A stretch of 63,540 bases of DNA, filler included, from Reclinomonas americana ATCC 50394 (taxonomy: Eukaryota): the NCBI GenBank assembly GCA_048213135.1. It is 9 parts of 3 records of this genome, joined end to end, with 100 filler letters (N's around TTAATTAATTAA, not from the genome) between each part and the next. Parts side by side here need not be neighbours in the genome. Positions count along the whole stretch, not along the records: positions 1 to 9,860 come from PS015129.1; positions 9,961 to 16,948 come from PS015129.1; 7 more parts are not named here. One strand, 5' to 3'. The translations under genes and the position numbers were made by a program. Under the pieces are notes generated by a model that saw nothing but the letters and a program-made list of their open reading frames with translations, had not been told where the DNA came from and did no database searches. Positions 1 to 12,029 of the stretch are shown here, in pieces (positions within the stretch are counted from its first letter, which is position 1; each line of letters opens with the position of its first letter).

Positions 1-934
1 TTTTTCCCCTTCTTGCGCCTCAGCATTTCCCCCTTCTTGCGCCCCACTCCCCTTGCGCCCCACCCCCATTTGCATCCCATTCCCCTTGCGTTTCCCCCTT
101 CTTGCGTCCCACCCCCCTTGCCCCCCACCCCCTTGCGCCCCACTCCTTGCCCCCCTTCCAGCCTTACCTCCAGCGCTGTTGCTCAGCTGCAATTGCTCAA
201 ACAAGAAATCGGCATACATCAAGAAGGCGTTCGGCGGCGGCGACGACATTTTNNNNNNNNNNNNNNNNNNNNNNNNNNNNNNNNNNNNNNNNNNNNNNNN
301 NNNNNNNNNNNNNNNNNNNNNNNNNNNNNNNNNNNNNNNNNNNNNNNNNNNNNNNNNNNNNNNNNNNNNNNNNNNNNNNNNNNNNNNNNNNNNNNNNNNN
401 NNNNNNNNNNNNNNNNNNNNNNNNNNNNNNNNNNNNNNNNNNNNNNNNNNNNNNNNNNNNNNNNNNNNNNNNNNNNNNNNNNNNNNNNNNNNNNNNNNNN
501 NNNNNNNNNNNNNNNNNNNNNNNNNNNNNNNNNNNNNNNNNNNNNNNNNNNNNNNNNNNNNNNNNNNNNNNNNNNNNNNNNNNNNNNNNNNNNNNNNNNN
601 NNNNNNNNNNNNNNNNNNNNNNNNNNNNNNNNNNNNNNNNNNNNNNNNNNNNNNNNNNNNNNNNNNNNNNNNNNNNNNNNNNNNNNNNNNNNNNNNNNNN
701 NNNNNNNNNNNNNNNNNNNNNNNNNNNNNNNNNNNNNNNNNNNNNNNNNNNNNNNNNNNNNNNNNNNNNNNNNNNNNNNNNNNNNNNNNNNNNNNNNNNN
801 NNNNNNNNNNNNNNNNNNNNNNNNNNNNNNNNNNNNNNNNNNNNNNNNNNNNNNNNNNNNNNNNNNNNNNNNNNNNNNNNNNNNNNNNNNNNNNNNNNNN
901 NNNNNNNNNNNNNNNNNNNNNNNNNNNNNNNNNN

Positions 935-1321
935 CTGCAGTATGCTGACAAGCACCGCACCCTCGGGGGTCGTGAGACGGCCCACGAGTTGCGACACCCA
1001 ACGCAGGAACATCCACGACGGGACCTTGCAGTGGGCAGGCGGTGAGCGACATGCAAGGACAGAGGACATATCGCAGAGGAGATACCTCTTGCTGCACGCG
1101 GCGAATGACTGCATGTGTCGAGTCGTACTTGAGCAGATCGAAAACGTGGGGGAAGGCCTCGATAGACTCGCGCTTGCCAAACGTCATGGCACGCAAGTAG
1201 CATTCGGCTGCTTGTGCCGCCAGCTCCTCCATGGAGCAACCCGGCAGCGTCAGTTCTGCGATTCGACAACGACTGAGCTCACAGATGCGTGCAAGATGCG
1301 CAACACCAAATCCCCCATGCG
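935..1321 (-). CDS. PRKDC: DNA-PKcs FAT-domain exons on a gap-bounded, inverted contig
   Basis: Minus strand reads ...ECYLRAMTFGKRESIEAFPHVFDLLKY...VQQE, an intron, then VPSWMFLRWVSQLVGRLTTPEGAVLVSILQ. This resembles DNA-PKcs VPCWQFISWISHMVALL and continues directly into RLATDYPQAMYYP on the + strand at 2137. Confidence 0.8.
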
Positions 1322-2136
1322 NNNNNNNNNNNNNNNNNNNNNNNNNNNNNNNNNNNNNNNNNNNNNNNNNNNNNNNNNNNNNNNNNNNNNNNNNNNNNNN
1401 NNNNNNNNNNNNNNNNNNNNNNNNNNNNNNNNNNNNNNNNNNNNNNNNNNNNNNNNNNNNNNNNNNNNNNNNNNNNNNNNNNNNNNNNNNNNNNNNNNNN
1501 NNNNNNNNNNNNNNNNNNNNNNNNNNNNNNNNNNNNNNNNNNNNNNNNNNNNNNNNNNNNNNNNNNNNNNNNNNNNNNNNNNNNNNNNNNNNNNNNNNNN
1601 NNNNNNNNNNNNNNNNNNNNNNNNNNNNNNNNNNNNNNNNNNNNNNNNNNNNNNNNNNNNNNNNNNNNNNNNNNNNNNNNNNNNNNNNNNNNNNNNNNNN
1701 NNNNNNNNNNNNNNNNNNNNNNNNNNNNNNNNNNNNNNNNNNNNNNNNNNNNNNNNNNNNNNNNNNNNNNNNNNNNNNNNNNNNNNNNNNNNNNNNNNNN
1801 NNNNNNNNNNNNNNNNNNNNNNNNNNNNNNNNNNNNNNNNNNNNNNNNNNNNNNNNNNNNNNNNNNNNNNNNNNNNNNNNNNNNNNNNNNNNNNNNNNNN
1901 NNNNNNNNNNNNNNNNNNNNNNNNNNNNNNNNNNNNNNNNNNNNNNNNNNNNNNNNNNNNNNNNNNNNNNNNNNNNNNNNNNNNNNNNNNNNNNNNNNNN
2001 NNNNNNNNNNNNNNNNNNNNNNNNNNNNNNNNNNNNNNNNNNNNNNNNNNNNNNNNNNNNNNNNNNNNNNNNNNNNNNNNNNNNNNNNNNNNNNNNNNNN
2101 NNNNNNNNNNNNNNNNNNNNNNNNNNNNNNNNNNNN

Positions 2137-3677
2137 AGACTGGCTACCGACTACCCGCAGGCCATGTACTACCCGCTGCGCATCTCTGAGGAGGCCATCA
2201 ACGCCACACGACACTGTTCGCGCGAGGTGAAGACCGCCTTTGCCGAGATGATGGAACTGACGGAGATGCCGCAGCTGGCCATTTTCACCCGTGGCCTCTC
2301 GCGCCTTGACAACCCCGAGCTGAGGTGAGACATTCGCTGGTGAAGGCGAATGTGGTGGCAGCTCACGCAACATGGCGCAGGTGGAAGCACATCTGGGTAC
2401 CGGCCATTACCGACTGCCTGGCAAATGGCAAGGGAGCAGAACAGGTGACGATGGAGACGCACTCTGCTCATGTCCACTCCTCTCCCCTCCTCATCGCATG
2501 TTTTCGCATCAGTTGCGCCGTATTTTCGACGAGGCGCGCCGCGACTGCCTTGTGCGCGATGGAGAGGATCCGGGGTTCATCAACGACCAGTTTGCCGAAA
2601 AGATCGGAGTCGAGATTCTGCAGGTGACTATTGATTCGCCAAGATTGCTGGTGGTTGTCGTCGCTGACCGATGGTATATATGTATATGTAAGACCACTGG
2701 CGATCACGGACAACGACTGAAAGCCGATACTGCACGGCGTGTGGCGGAGATCTTTGAGCATGTGGATCCGGCGGCACGGGCGCTCTTTATCGATCCGTCC
2801 GGTCGTCTCGGCCCATTGTATCAGGGTTGCGTGTATTTCTCTTGGCGAATGAATCTGTGTGTTCCTTGCATAACTCTGGGAGGGCGCGTGCGCAGGTCAC
2901 CTCAAGATGCGCGACTTTAGTCACGCGCTGGCCAAGTACCAGGCGCGCATCGGTGAGCCGACAGTCGACATGCCTGGCCAGTACACTGGCGACGCGGCGC
3001 CGCAGCCCGACGAACTCGTCAAGGTGTGCGGGAACTGGCGAGTATGGAGAAAGGCTGCACTCTCTCACTGCTGTGCGTGTGAGGGCAGATTATATGCTTC
3101 GGGCAGTTTGTGCGACTGCTGCCGTCCATTCGCAAGCCGAAGCGCATCACGGTGTTTGGCAGTGATCAGCGCGAGTATCGGTTCCTTGTCAAGGGTGGAG
3201 AGGATTTGAGGCAGGATCAGCGGATCAGTGAGGTGGGTAGGAGGGGGAAGGGGTTAGGAGGGGGAGGAGGTTGAAGGGGGAAAAGGAGGGGAGGGAGGGA
3301 GAAGGAGGAAAAGGGACAAGTAGGGTGTAGATGGAGAGGGAGGATACGTAGGGAAGGGAGTTTATCTGGTTTGTTGTGTTGTGTTGTTGTTGTTGCTGGT
3401 GCTGTGGTGAAGAGCAGAAAAATGTGCGAAGACCCTTAGAGATATTTATCTTTGTCAGTACAGGCCCTGATGTTGATATTCATTAGTTGCTATTATTGTT
3501 GATATTGTGACAAGGAGAGCAGATGACCTAAGAGAAACACGTTTGCTGTCGATGTTGTTCCTGTATTTTGTACGTTGCTGCTGTTGTTCATGGTGGTTGT
3601 AATGGAGTGAGCTGAAGAAGAGATTTAAGTGTCGATGTAGGTTTGATGTGCCATGCTTGTTAATAGTCGTCGTCGGC

Positions 3678-3757
<80 letters not shown>

Positions 3758-5666
3758 AGTCGTCGTCGCCTCTCTGTGACTTGCTCTCAGTGCATGTGTT
3801 TCGTTGTCATCGCTGCTGTTGTCCTTGTTGACAGCGACGTTGTCCACTCTCTGGACTGCCTTTCAGTGATATTCATGTTGCTGCTGTGCCACCCGGCTGA
3901 CTTGATCGCTCACGCAGTTGTTCCGCACGATGAACGCCATCTACAATCGAGTGGCCGACACGCAGAAGCGCGGCGCCAGCATCATGTGCTACCAGATCAT
4001 TCCCATGTCGACGGTTTGTCAGCAGTGCTCCAATTGATATGGTTTCCACGCGCGTGCGTGACCACCACCCTTTTCCATTTGATGCACAGCGTGTGGGCAT
4101 CATTGAGTGGGTGGACAACACAGAACCCATCCAGTCGCTGATGGAGTCGATCAAGGGTGTTCGCGGTTGCGTAACCCCCCGCCGCAAAATCGCGCACACC
4201 GCGCACTGCTCTCACTGCTGCGCAGAGGCAACCGGTCTGGCCAATCAGGTCGACCAGAAGGAGATGGGCAACGCTGGTCCCGCCTACATGTCCAAGGCGC
4301 TGCCGTCGTTCGACGCCACCATGCTGACGAAGCACCAGACAGAGCGCGACTTCTATCCTCGGTTTGTTGGGGGGGCTCCTGCAGATGCACATGTGAGGCG
4401 CGCGCTAAACGCATGCACCACGCAGCGACATTATTGTGCAAGCCTTGCGACAGCGGTCGTCATCCCCCGAGGCCTTTTTCGTGTTGCGACAGCGATTCAT
4501 CGATTCGCTGGCCGTGCTGACCATCTCTGGGTATGTGGTCGGTTTGGGTGATCGCCATTTGGACAACTTGCTGGTGCACACCAAGGTCAGTTTTGCCAGC
4601 GCGTTGTGATACAATCAAAACAAATCGGTTGATGCTGATTTGGTGGTCGACGCTAGAGTGCGCGACTGATGCCCATCGACTTTGGGCATGCTTTCGGATC
4701 GGCAACAGAGGTGTTGCCGGTGCCGGAGATTGTCCCGGTTCGCCTGACCAACCAGTTTGTGCGGTACGTGGTGGTGAAGGGCGATTGTTTTTACTGCGCA
4801 ATCTTGTCACCAATTCTCTCTCTTTTTGCAAACACAATCAGTGTGTGCGAACCGGTGGGCATTGATGGCACTCTCAAACCGATCATGGTGCGCTGCATGC
4901 AAGCGCTGCGCGCCCACCGCCACGTGCTGCTGCGCATTCTGGAACTCTTTGTTCAGGAGCCGCTGCTCGATTGGCTGCAGCATGCGGAGAAGGTTCTGCC
5001 GCGAAAGACTCTCGTTTGTTGCCAGCATGGAGCTCACATCCTTCGTGCAGGTTCATCAACGGCGCATCGCAGCAGTCAAGGACGCTGGAGGCCGAGCGGA
5101 GGAGCAAGCAGAGGATGAGGTGGAGGATGAGGAGGACATGGATGTGGATGACCGACCGGAAAGGTTTGAAGGGAGATGAGAGGGAGAGAGGGAGAGAGGG
5201 ACAGGGAAAGTGTCGGAGCGAAAGTCTGATTGGGGAGAGTCTGACGTCACCGACTCATTGCAGCGGAGCGGCGTGGTTTGCGCGTCGGCGAGTGGAGATT
5301 GCGCGACGAAAGCTGCTGCTCTACAATCCCGCTCACTTGTTGATGGAGGAAGTTGAGGCCAATCGTCACGTGCAGGCGTGGAGCCGCAACGTGACCAAGA
5401 CGGCGGCCGCCAGACTCAAGCATCACAACATTATCGAGGCCTACCGCGATGTGCGTATATTTATGGCGATGTACCGATTCGGCACACTGACTGGTGTGTG
5501 ACGTCTCTCGCAGCTGGTGCTGGGCGAGCGAAGTGGCAACTCGGACAGGAGTCGCTTCCCGCAAGTGTGTCACTCGGTCGAGGAGCAAGTGCACTGCCTC
5601 GTCGATCTGGCCACGGATCCACTCGTGCTGGGTCGCATGTGGGGCGGCTGGCGCGCGTGGTTGTAG
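2137..5666 (+). CDS. PRKDC: DNA-dependent protein kinase catalytic subunit, C-terminal part (end of FAT, PIKK kinase, FATC); multi-exon, 5' truncated
   Basis: Spliced peptides DYPQAMYYP, MPGQYTG, SIRKPKRITVFGSDQREYRFLVKGGEDLRQDQRI, GLGDRHLDN, IDFGHAFGSATEVLPVPEIVPVRLT and the FATC end SVEEQVHCLVDLATDPLVLGRMWGGWRAWL*. TAG at 5664-5666. Confidence 0.95.
3680..3756. repeat. Compound (GCT)n(GTT)n microsatellite in a PRKDC intron
   Basis: Directly visible trinucleotide runs. Confidence 0.95.
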
Positions 5667-5721
5667 CGGCGAGAAGAGCAATGCATTCTCGTGCCATTTG
5701 TTGTTGATGAATGTTGAGAGT

Positions 5722-8700
5722 TTAGAGTTTGGCCATGGGCCATGCTGTGAAGCCTTCTTTCACTGCGGTGGCGAGGGCCGGTGGGAGCTGTCGCGTGGGG
5801 AAGGGTGATATGAGAGAAGTGGATCACAGAGAGGGTGTGGGGGAAGGGAGCAATGGAGGACCAGCCAACGAGTGAGAAGGAAAACTTTCGCATCCAAGCG
5901 AGTGATGGAGAGAGAAGGATCACGAGACAAGAACAGAACGTGCACTGAGACGCAAGGAACGACAAGGAGATAGAAAGAGAAGAAGGAGCAGGAGTAAAAG
6001 ACAACAAAGAAGCAGGATGAACAGAGGATAAGAGACACTTGAACTCCCTGGAAGAGAGGAATTGAGAAGAAGGGCCGAGGGGGAAAGAAAAGCAGCAGAC
6101 ATGGAAGAAGGATGATCAAGGGAGAAGTGACACAGAACGCGCTCGCACTCCAAGGAAGAGAGAAGGGGGAAAAGAAAAGCATGCGCTCGAACTCGAAGGA
6201 CCAGAGGGAGGACGGCAGACGTGGAAGCAGGATGATCAAGGAGCAGTGCGCGCTAGCACTCTCAGTGAGAGAGGAATTGAGAAGACAAAGACCGAGGGGG
6301 AAAGGAAAGCAGATGCGCTTGAACTCCAAGGAACAGAGGGAGGACAGCAGACGTGGACATGATGATCGCCAAGGAGAAGTAAAACAGAACGCGCTCGCAC
6401 TCCCAGGAAGAGAGAAGGGGACATGCGCTTGAACTCGAACGACAACAGAGAGGACAGCAGACGTGGAAGCAGGATGATCAACAGAGAAGTGACACAGAAC
6501 GCACTTGCACTCTCAGGAAGAGAGAACGAGATGGTACAGAAGTTGAGTTGAACGACAGCAGAACAACTCGCGCTCAGACGCGTCGATAACATCATAACAG
6601 TTCCACCAACTCACCTTGCTGCTCAGCCGCTGCAGTGCCGTGTCCCGCAGCAAACGCGACGTAGTCGTCATGCGCGGGGACTTCAACGTCCATGCGGACC
6701 GCACGCGCTCATCTGGTCGGTTGAAATCGTGCAGCGGCGTGACATCTGCAACGTACTGCAATCAGGAAAAAAGTAACTGAAAAATGCACATCCACTGGTG
6801 ATCGCACCGCGCGGGTCACGGAGGAAGCGCACGAGCACAGGGGCCAGGTAGTAGAATGGCAACGAGAGGCCCATTTCCGGTAGCGGCTGCTCATAGAAGT
6901 TGACGCGGTGTGAGATGAGAGCGAGTGGACGACCGGTGCCCGCAACCAGTAGACCACCGCTGCATCCACTGTGCGCACGGTGTTGAGACACAAAATACGA
7001 GGGCATAGGCAAACAAACAGACACACCTAAAAGTCCCAGCAGTTGTGTGCAGCACAACCGGTCGCGGCTCCGGTCCTTCGCTCTGCACCACAGAACTGAG
7101 AACTCCAACAGTGGCCGACAGCGAGAGATCTGTACCAAAAGGCGAAGACGTGAGACACGGAGGTGGGAAAGTGGGAAACACGATATACACACCTGCACCG
7201 GGACCGTACACGGGATAGCCGAGAGAGTACACGGTGGCGCCGATGAGTGGGGCAAGCGACTGCGGTTCGACAAACTCTCCCATGTCCACAAACGGGCATC
7301 CATCGACATTGTCGCACTTGAGCAGCGCCACATCGGCCTGCAGAACACAATCGGCAACAACGGACACAAGAGAGGAAATGCAGTGTGAAGCGCCACGCAA
7401 CTCCACCGCTGTCGGCGACAAAAATGACTTGGGCTTCGCGCCAAAAGGCACGCTGGTTGTTGACAGTGAACCGCACGTGCACGCTGTGGAGTGGCGAAGG
7501 GTGAGCGAGCGCCTCGCTGCAAAGGGTGGCGGACAAAGCGATGGAAACTGCAGAACTGCAAGGCCGGAGTCCAGTGCGCGAGGACGTGCCGATTGGTGAG
7601 CAAATCTGCGGACGAGAGGTTAACAACACGAGCAGAGAGACATCACACCAGAAAAACAAGAAAGACGCACAGCCGTCGGCAGATATCACCACGCCGGAAG
7701 CCCACTTGGATTCTGCGTCAATGAGGACCACGAATGACATGGAAGCCTCCTATGTCCACACATGTGAGTGCTGGAATCCAACGGCACCAGGAAAAAGAAC
7801 GAGATGAGCGTAACCACAGCAGAAGGTATCGAGCTCTTGACAGACACAGACGAGGAGGAAGGGGACGATTCGGCCACGGTGGCCAACGCCGTGGCCAGTG
7901 GTGGTATGGCATCGGCCAGCATGCGGCGGCGAGCAGCAAAGCTCAACGTGCGTCCAAAGCCAAACTGCGTTGTGTGGCGCGAGTCAAGGCCGCAGTGACA
8001 AGTCGTGAAACTAAGATGAGGGAGAAGTGTGCTTGAATCAAAAAAGGATATACATCAAGAAACGTCGGCGCCAGGAGCTGGAGTAACACGAGAGAAAGTG
8101 AGCATCATTTGAGGACCTCGGCCTTCCTCGTCAACTGACGCAACACCGAGAAAGCTGGCGTCGGTGGCCGAGAAAATGGGGGCGCCCTCCATGCCGGGCA
8201 TGGCACGAATGTCGACCAGCAAGAGACGCGAGTCCACCACGTTGGACACCACGCCCTGCGACACCGAATTGGCCAGCAGCGACGGGCAAAACATGGACAT
8301 GGGCGAGCCGATGGCAAACACGGGCGAGGCGACGCCAATAGACTCGCCGCTGGCCGCAAAGGCCACACGATGCGCCCGCTCCCACACCTCGCGTGTCTCC
8401 TCGGACAGTTTGTGCGGTGGCAGGCGGAGGCGCAGCAGGGCGCACTGTGTGTCGGGTTTCTCCTTGTTGAAGCGAAATTGGGAGAGCGCCAGGGACATCT
8501 GAGAAGGGGATAAAGAGGGAAGGGAAGATGAGGGGAGAGTGAGGAGCAAAGAGCGGAACACAGGTTGCGAGATAGTATGCAAGGGAAAGGGGGTGGAGAT
8601 AAGAAGACGAATGATCACACAGCGCAGGGGAAGAGAGTGTCAAATTGGGCGTGAGGAGGGGATAGTAGATGGAGAATCAAGAACACGAACTGAACACAGA

Positions 8701-9836
8701 TTGCGAGACAGGATGGAAGAGAACGAGGGTAGAGTGGCACAGAACAAGGGGGACGAATGGCCAGACAGCACAGATTAGTGTCACAATGGACGAGAGGAGG
8801 AAGATGAAAGGATTGAAAGACAACACAAACGCGTCAACAATAAGATCTGGAATCAGTTTGCGAATGGGAATGAGAACGAGGGCCACACAGCACAGACAAG
8901 AGAGTGCAGGATAGGAGGGATCATGAGAGGAGGCGGGAAGACGAACGGCAATGCGAAAGAGAATGCAACAGATAAGAGGCACGTGACACAGAGAAAGGGG
9001 AACGAATGACATAGTAGAGTAGGACTGGTTCTGTGTCGGCGAGTGGAGAGACCATGAGAGAGTACGAGAGAGACAAAGAAAATGATGAAAAGACGCGACA
9101 GAGAGCGCGAGTCTCCTCCCTCGACCACCGCACCTCCTCCAACGAGACCATCTCCACAAAGTCGACGAGCATCGCCATGTGCTCGCCATCGGGTCGCGTA
9201 AACGTTGCCGACACCGAGGCTCCACTGAGCAGGGCCAGCGGAATGCGATCCAACCTGTACCTCCCCAGTGCAGCCGCCCGCAAGAATGGACGCACTGCTG
9301 AGGCGCCCGCCAAGATCAGCCCGTCGCGAGGATCAATGAGGATGCCTGAGGCGCTGAAGGAGGCCGATGATTGGGCTCTGTGTGTGAACGGGGGAGTGAG
9401 AGGGAGGACTGGAGAGAGGAATGAAGGAGAGCGCGTAACTGTGGCAAGTGAACAGTGTGCTGCACGGCGCTCTTGTCCACCTGCATGACGGGGGTGAGGG
9501 AGGGAGGGAGGGAGGGAAGGGGAGAGAGAAAGAGACAGGGAAAGAGGGTGAAAGAGAGAGAGAGGGAGACAGGGAAAGAGGTGAAAGAGAGAGAGAGAGA
9601 GACGAGGGAAAGAGGGTGAAAGAGAGAGAGATGAGAGTTGAGACTGACGAGAAGCATCGATGAGAAGGGACTGTGGGAGGGAGAGAGATGACGAGAGAGA
9701 GAGAGAGAGAGCGCGAGCGAGAGAGAAAACGAGAGAGAGCGCGCGAATGCAAGACAACTCGCAGGTGAAGACGCACCGGACCAATGGCTTCGACGTAGCA
9801 GCAGAGCACGCGTACACTGGCGACCAGAGCTTCCAT
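5722..9836 (-). CDS. TYSND1: Peroxisomal leader-peptide processing protease (TYSND1/DEG15-like, two trypsin-like domains) ending in PTS1 AKL
   Basis: Exons encode SASGILID, GSPMSMFCPSLLANSVSQGVVSN...DIRAMPGMEGAPIF, WASGVVIS...LTNRHV, DVALLK and HSGCSGG. The last exon (5722-5787) reads LPPALATAVKEGFTAWPMAKL*, a PTS1-type tripeptide. Confidence 0.88.
6040..6525. repeat. Degenerate tandem repeat (about 4 units of 110-132 bp) in the last intron of TYSND1
   Basis: Anchor GCAGAC(G/A)TGGA recurs at about 6095, 6215, 6347 and 6457, with shared GGATGATCAA and CAGAACGCGCTCGCACTC. Confidence 0.85.
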
Positions 9837-9904
9837 GCGTGCAAGTCAGTTGTGCGTGTGNNNNNNNNNNNNNNNNNNNNNNNNNNNNNNNNNNNNNNNN
9901 NNNN

Positions 9905-9916
9905 TTAATTAATTAA
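9905..9916. other. Artificial scaffold-join spacer TTAATTAATTAA (also at 16993, 24062, 39119, 49500, 53491, 59409, 62473)
   Basis: Identical palindromic 12-mer with stops in all six frames, always flanked by short N runs. Genes are truncated at these points. Confidence 0.97.
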
Positions 9917-9992
9917 NNNNNNNNNNNNNNNNNNNNNNNNNNNNNNNNNNNNNNNNNNNNGAGAGAGAGAGAGAGAGACGAGAGACGACGAG

Positions 9993-10070
<78 letters not shown>

Positions 10071-10771
10071 CGTTGCGACCACCGCACAATTTTTGGCGCG
10101 AATGTCTCTCTCCATTGCAAGTTGTGTGGCGTGTGTAGTCTTTACAAAGTCAGTTTGCAGTTTCCGTTGTGTTCGTTCAGCATCTTTTCACCAAACTGCT
10201 GCAGCACGCAGCGCTGCGAACACACGACAGCCCACCGCAGATTTGGCGCGAAATCAACTGTGCACCCGTTGTCCGTGTGTATGTGTTCGTCTGCGCTCGT
10301 CGCGAGTGAGCTTGTAGTGCGCTGTAGTGTGTGTCGACACAGACAAGACAATCGTATCATTGCTTCGTGCACTTCAGCAGTGAGTTGTTGGTTGGTTGGT
10401 GTCTGCTACCCAACTCTCGTCGCGTCCAGTCGTGATCAATGCCAGATGTTATCCATCCACGTGTGCAGTGTGGTGATCAAGAACAGTAGCAGAGAGAGAG
10501 AGTGGGTGTGTTGCGGAGTCCGCCACACTTTGTAATTGGCGCGAAGTCATCATACTGTATGATGATTTTGTGTTCAGTGAGATAGGCAGGATTTTGCGCG
10601 GTGTTTGACAAAAACGCACACTGTCACAAACGTACGGTGCCTTTCTCTCTCCCTCTCCTCTCCCTCTTCCTCTTCCTCTCTCTCTCTCTCTCTCTCTCTC
10701 GTATATTTTCACGCTCTCCCTCACCCACCCACACTTTGCATTGGTGCTAAACTCCTTGAACTGACATGCAG

Positions 10772-11933
10772 GTCGTCTTCCTCTGCGCGTCAACGCTCTC
10801 GGCCTTGCTGCCAGAGCCATCAACGGCGGTCCGTATCCAGAAAATGAAGGGTTCCAGAGCGGCATTGGTTCTCAGGTCAAGATACAATACGCCTATGTGA
10901 GTACAGTACTTGTCAATTTTTTATCTTCTGCATTCTTCTTCGTCATCTTCTTCTCTTTCTCCTCTCTCTCTTGCACACAAGCGCACACGGTTCTATCGCT
11001 GCTCATCTGGTTGCTCATCTTGCGCAACTGCAGGATGTGACTCCCCCCGACTCGGAGGGAAACTCGTACTTTTCTGAGTTACGCCTAGCTTTGAGTCGCC
11101 AATTACATGCACGGCTGCTGTGTAACATACAGCGGTAATGATACCAACAGTTGGAATATTAATTCTGGCGTCATCCGCCGAGTTCAGTTGAGCACTGGTG
11201 CAGTGGACACGTTGGCCGGTGTGTATGGCGAACTTGGCGTTGTTGACGGTCCATTCAGCGCCGCACGGTTTTCTCGGTTTGTGTGCACCACGAAGACGCT
11301 TTGGAGTAATCGTTGTGTCTAATGGCTGGCATACGCAGTGTTTCTTATTTCGCTCGTGATCCTCGAGGGGATATATACCTGCTCACGCAATTGGTACGTC
11401 ATTTGCTGCCAGGGCAGTCTTCGCCGTCGGTTCTAATCTGACCGTGCGTTCGACTCGGGTATTTTCTTAGAATAACAATCCCAACATACCTGGCAGTCTG
11501 CGAAAGCTAGACATGACGGCAAGGACCGTCAGCACAATTTTGGACGAGACTGCCAACGGGGCCGAGATGTATAACAACCCAAACGGTATGCTGTACAGCA
11601 AGGCTACGGGCATGCTCTACATTATCGAATACAGCAAGTCATGCGTACGGTGAGGTTACAAACCTGCGCAGCGAGTACTGAATACTCTCTGGGTCAGCAT
11701 TCACTGATGCAAACCTTCATGCATGCACAGACGTCAGTCTCCGACCACAGGTCAGCTTTTTGCGTTTGTGGGCACTTGCGGTGCCAGTCCCCCTTTTCCT
11801 GCACCGGCAACTTTGTTGGATGGCGTGGGCACGGCCGCGACAATGTGGCTCTCAGGTCCTCAAGCCATTACTGACGATGGCAAGACCATATATATGCTCG
11901 ATCGACGTGGATATGCGTTGCGCAAGGTGTGGA

Positions 11934-12029
<96 letters not shown>

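Noticed and set aside
13-2373. Long ORFs in the supplied track spanning N runs (also 33995-37820)
   Set aside because: Artefacts of translating gaps as X.
3653-4141. Poly-Cys/poly-Thr ORFs and similar poly-CV, poly-HT and poly-ER ORFs
   Set aside because: Translations of intronic microsatellites.
9905-9916. Recurring palindrome TTAATTAATTAA (8 copies) as a biological motif or repeat array
   Set aside because: Always embedded in short N runs and gives stops in all frames, so it is an assembly concatenation spacer.
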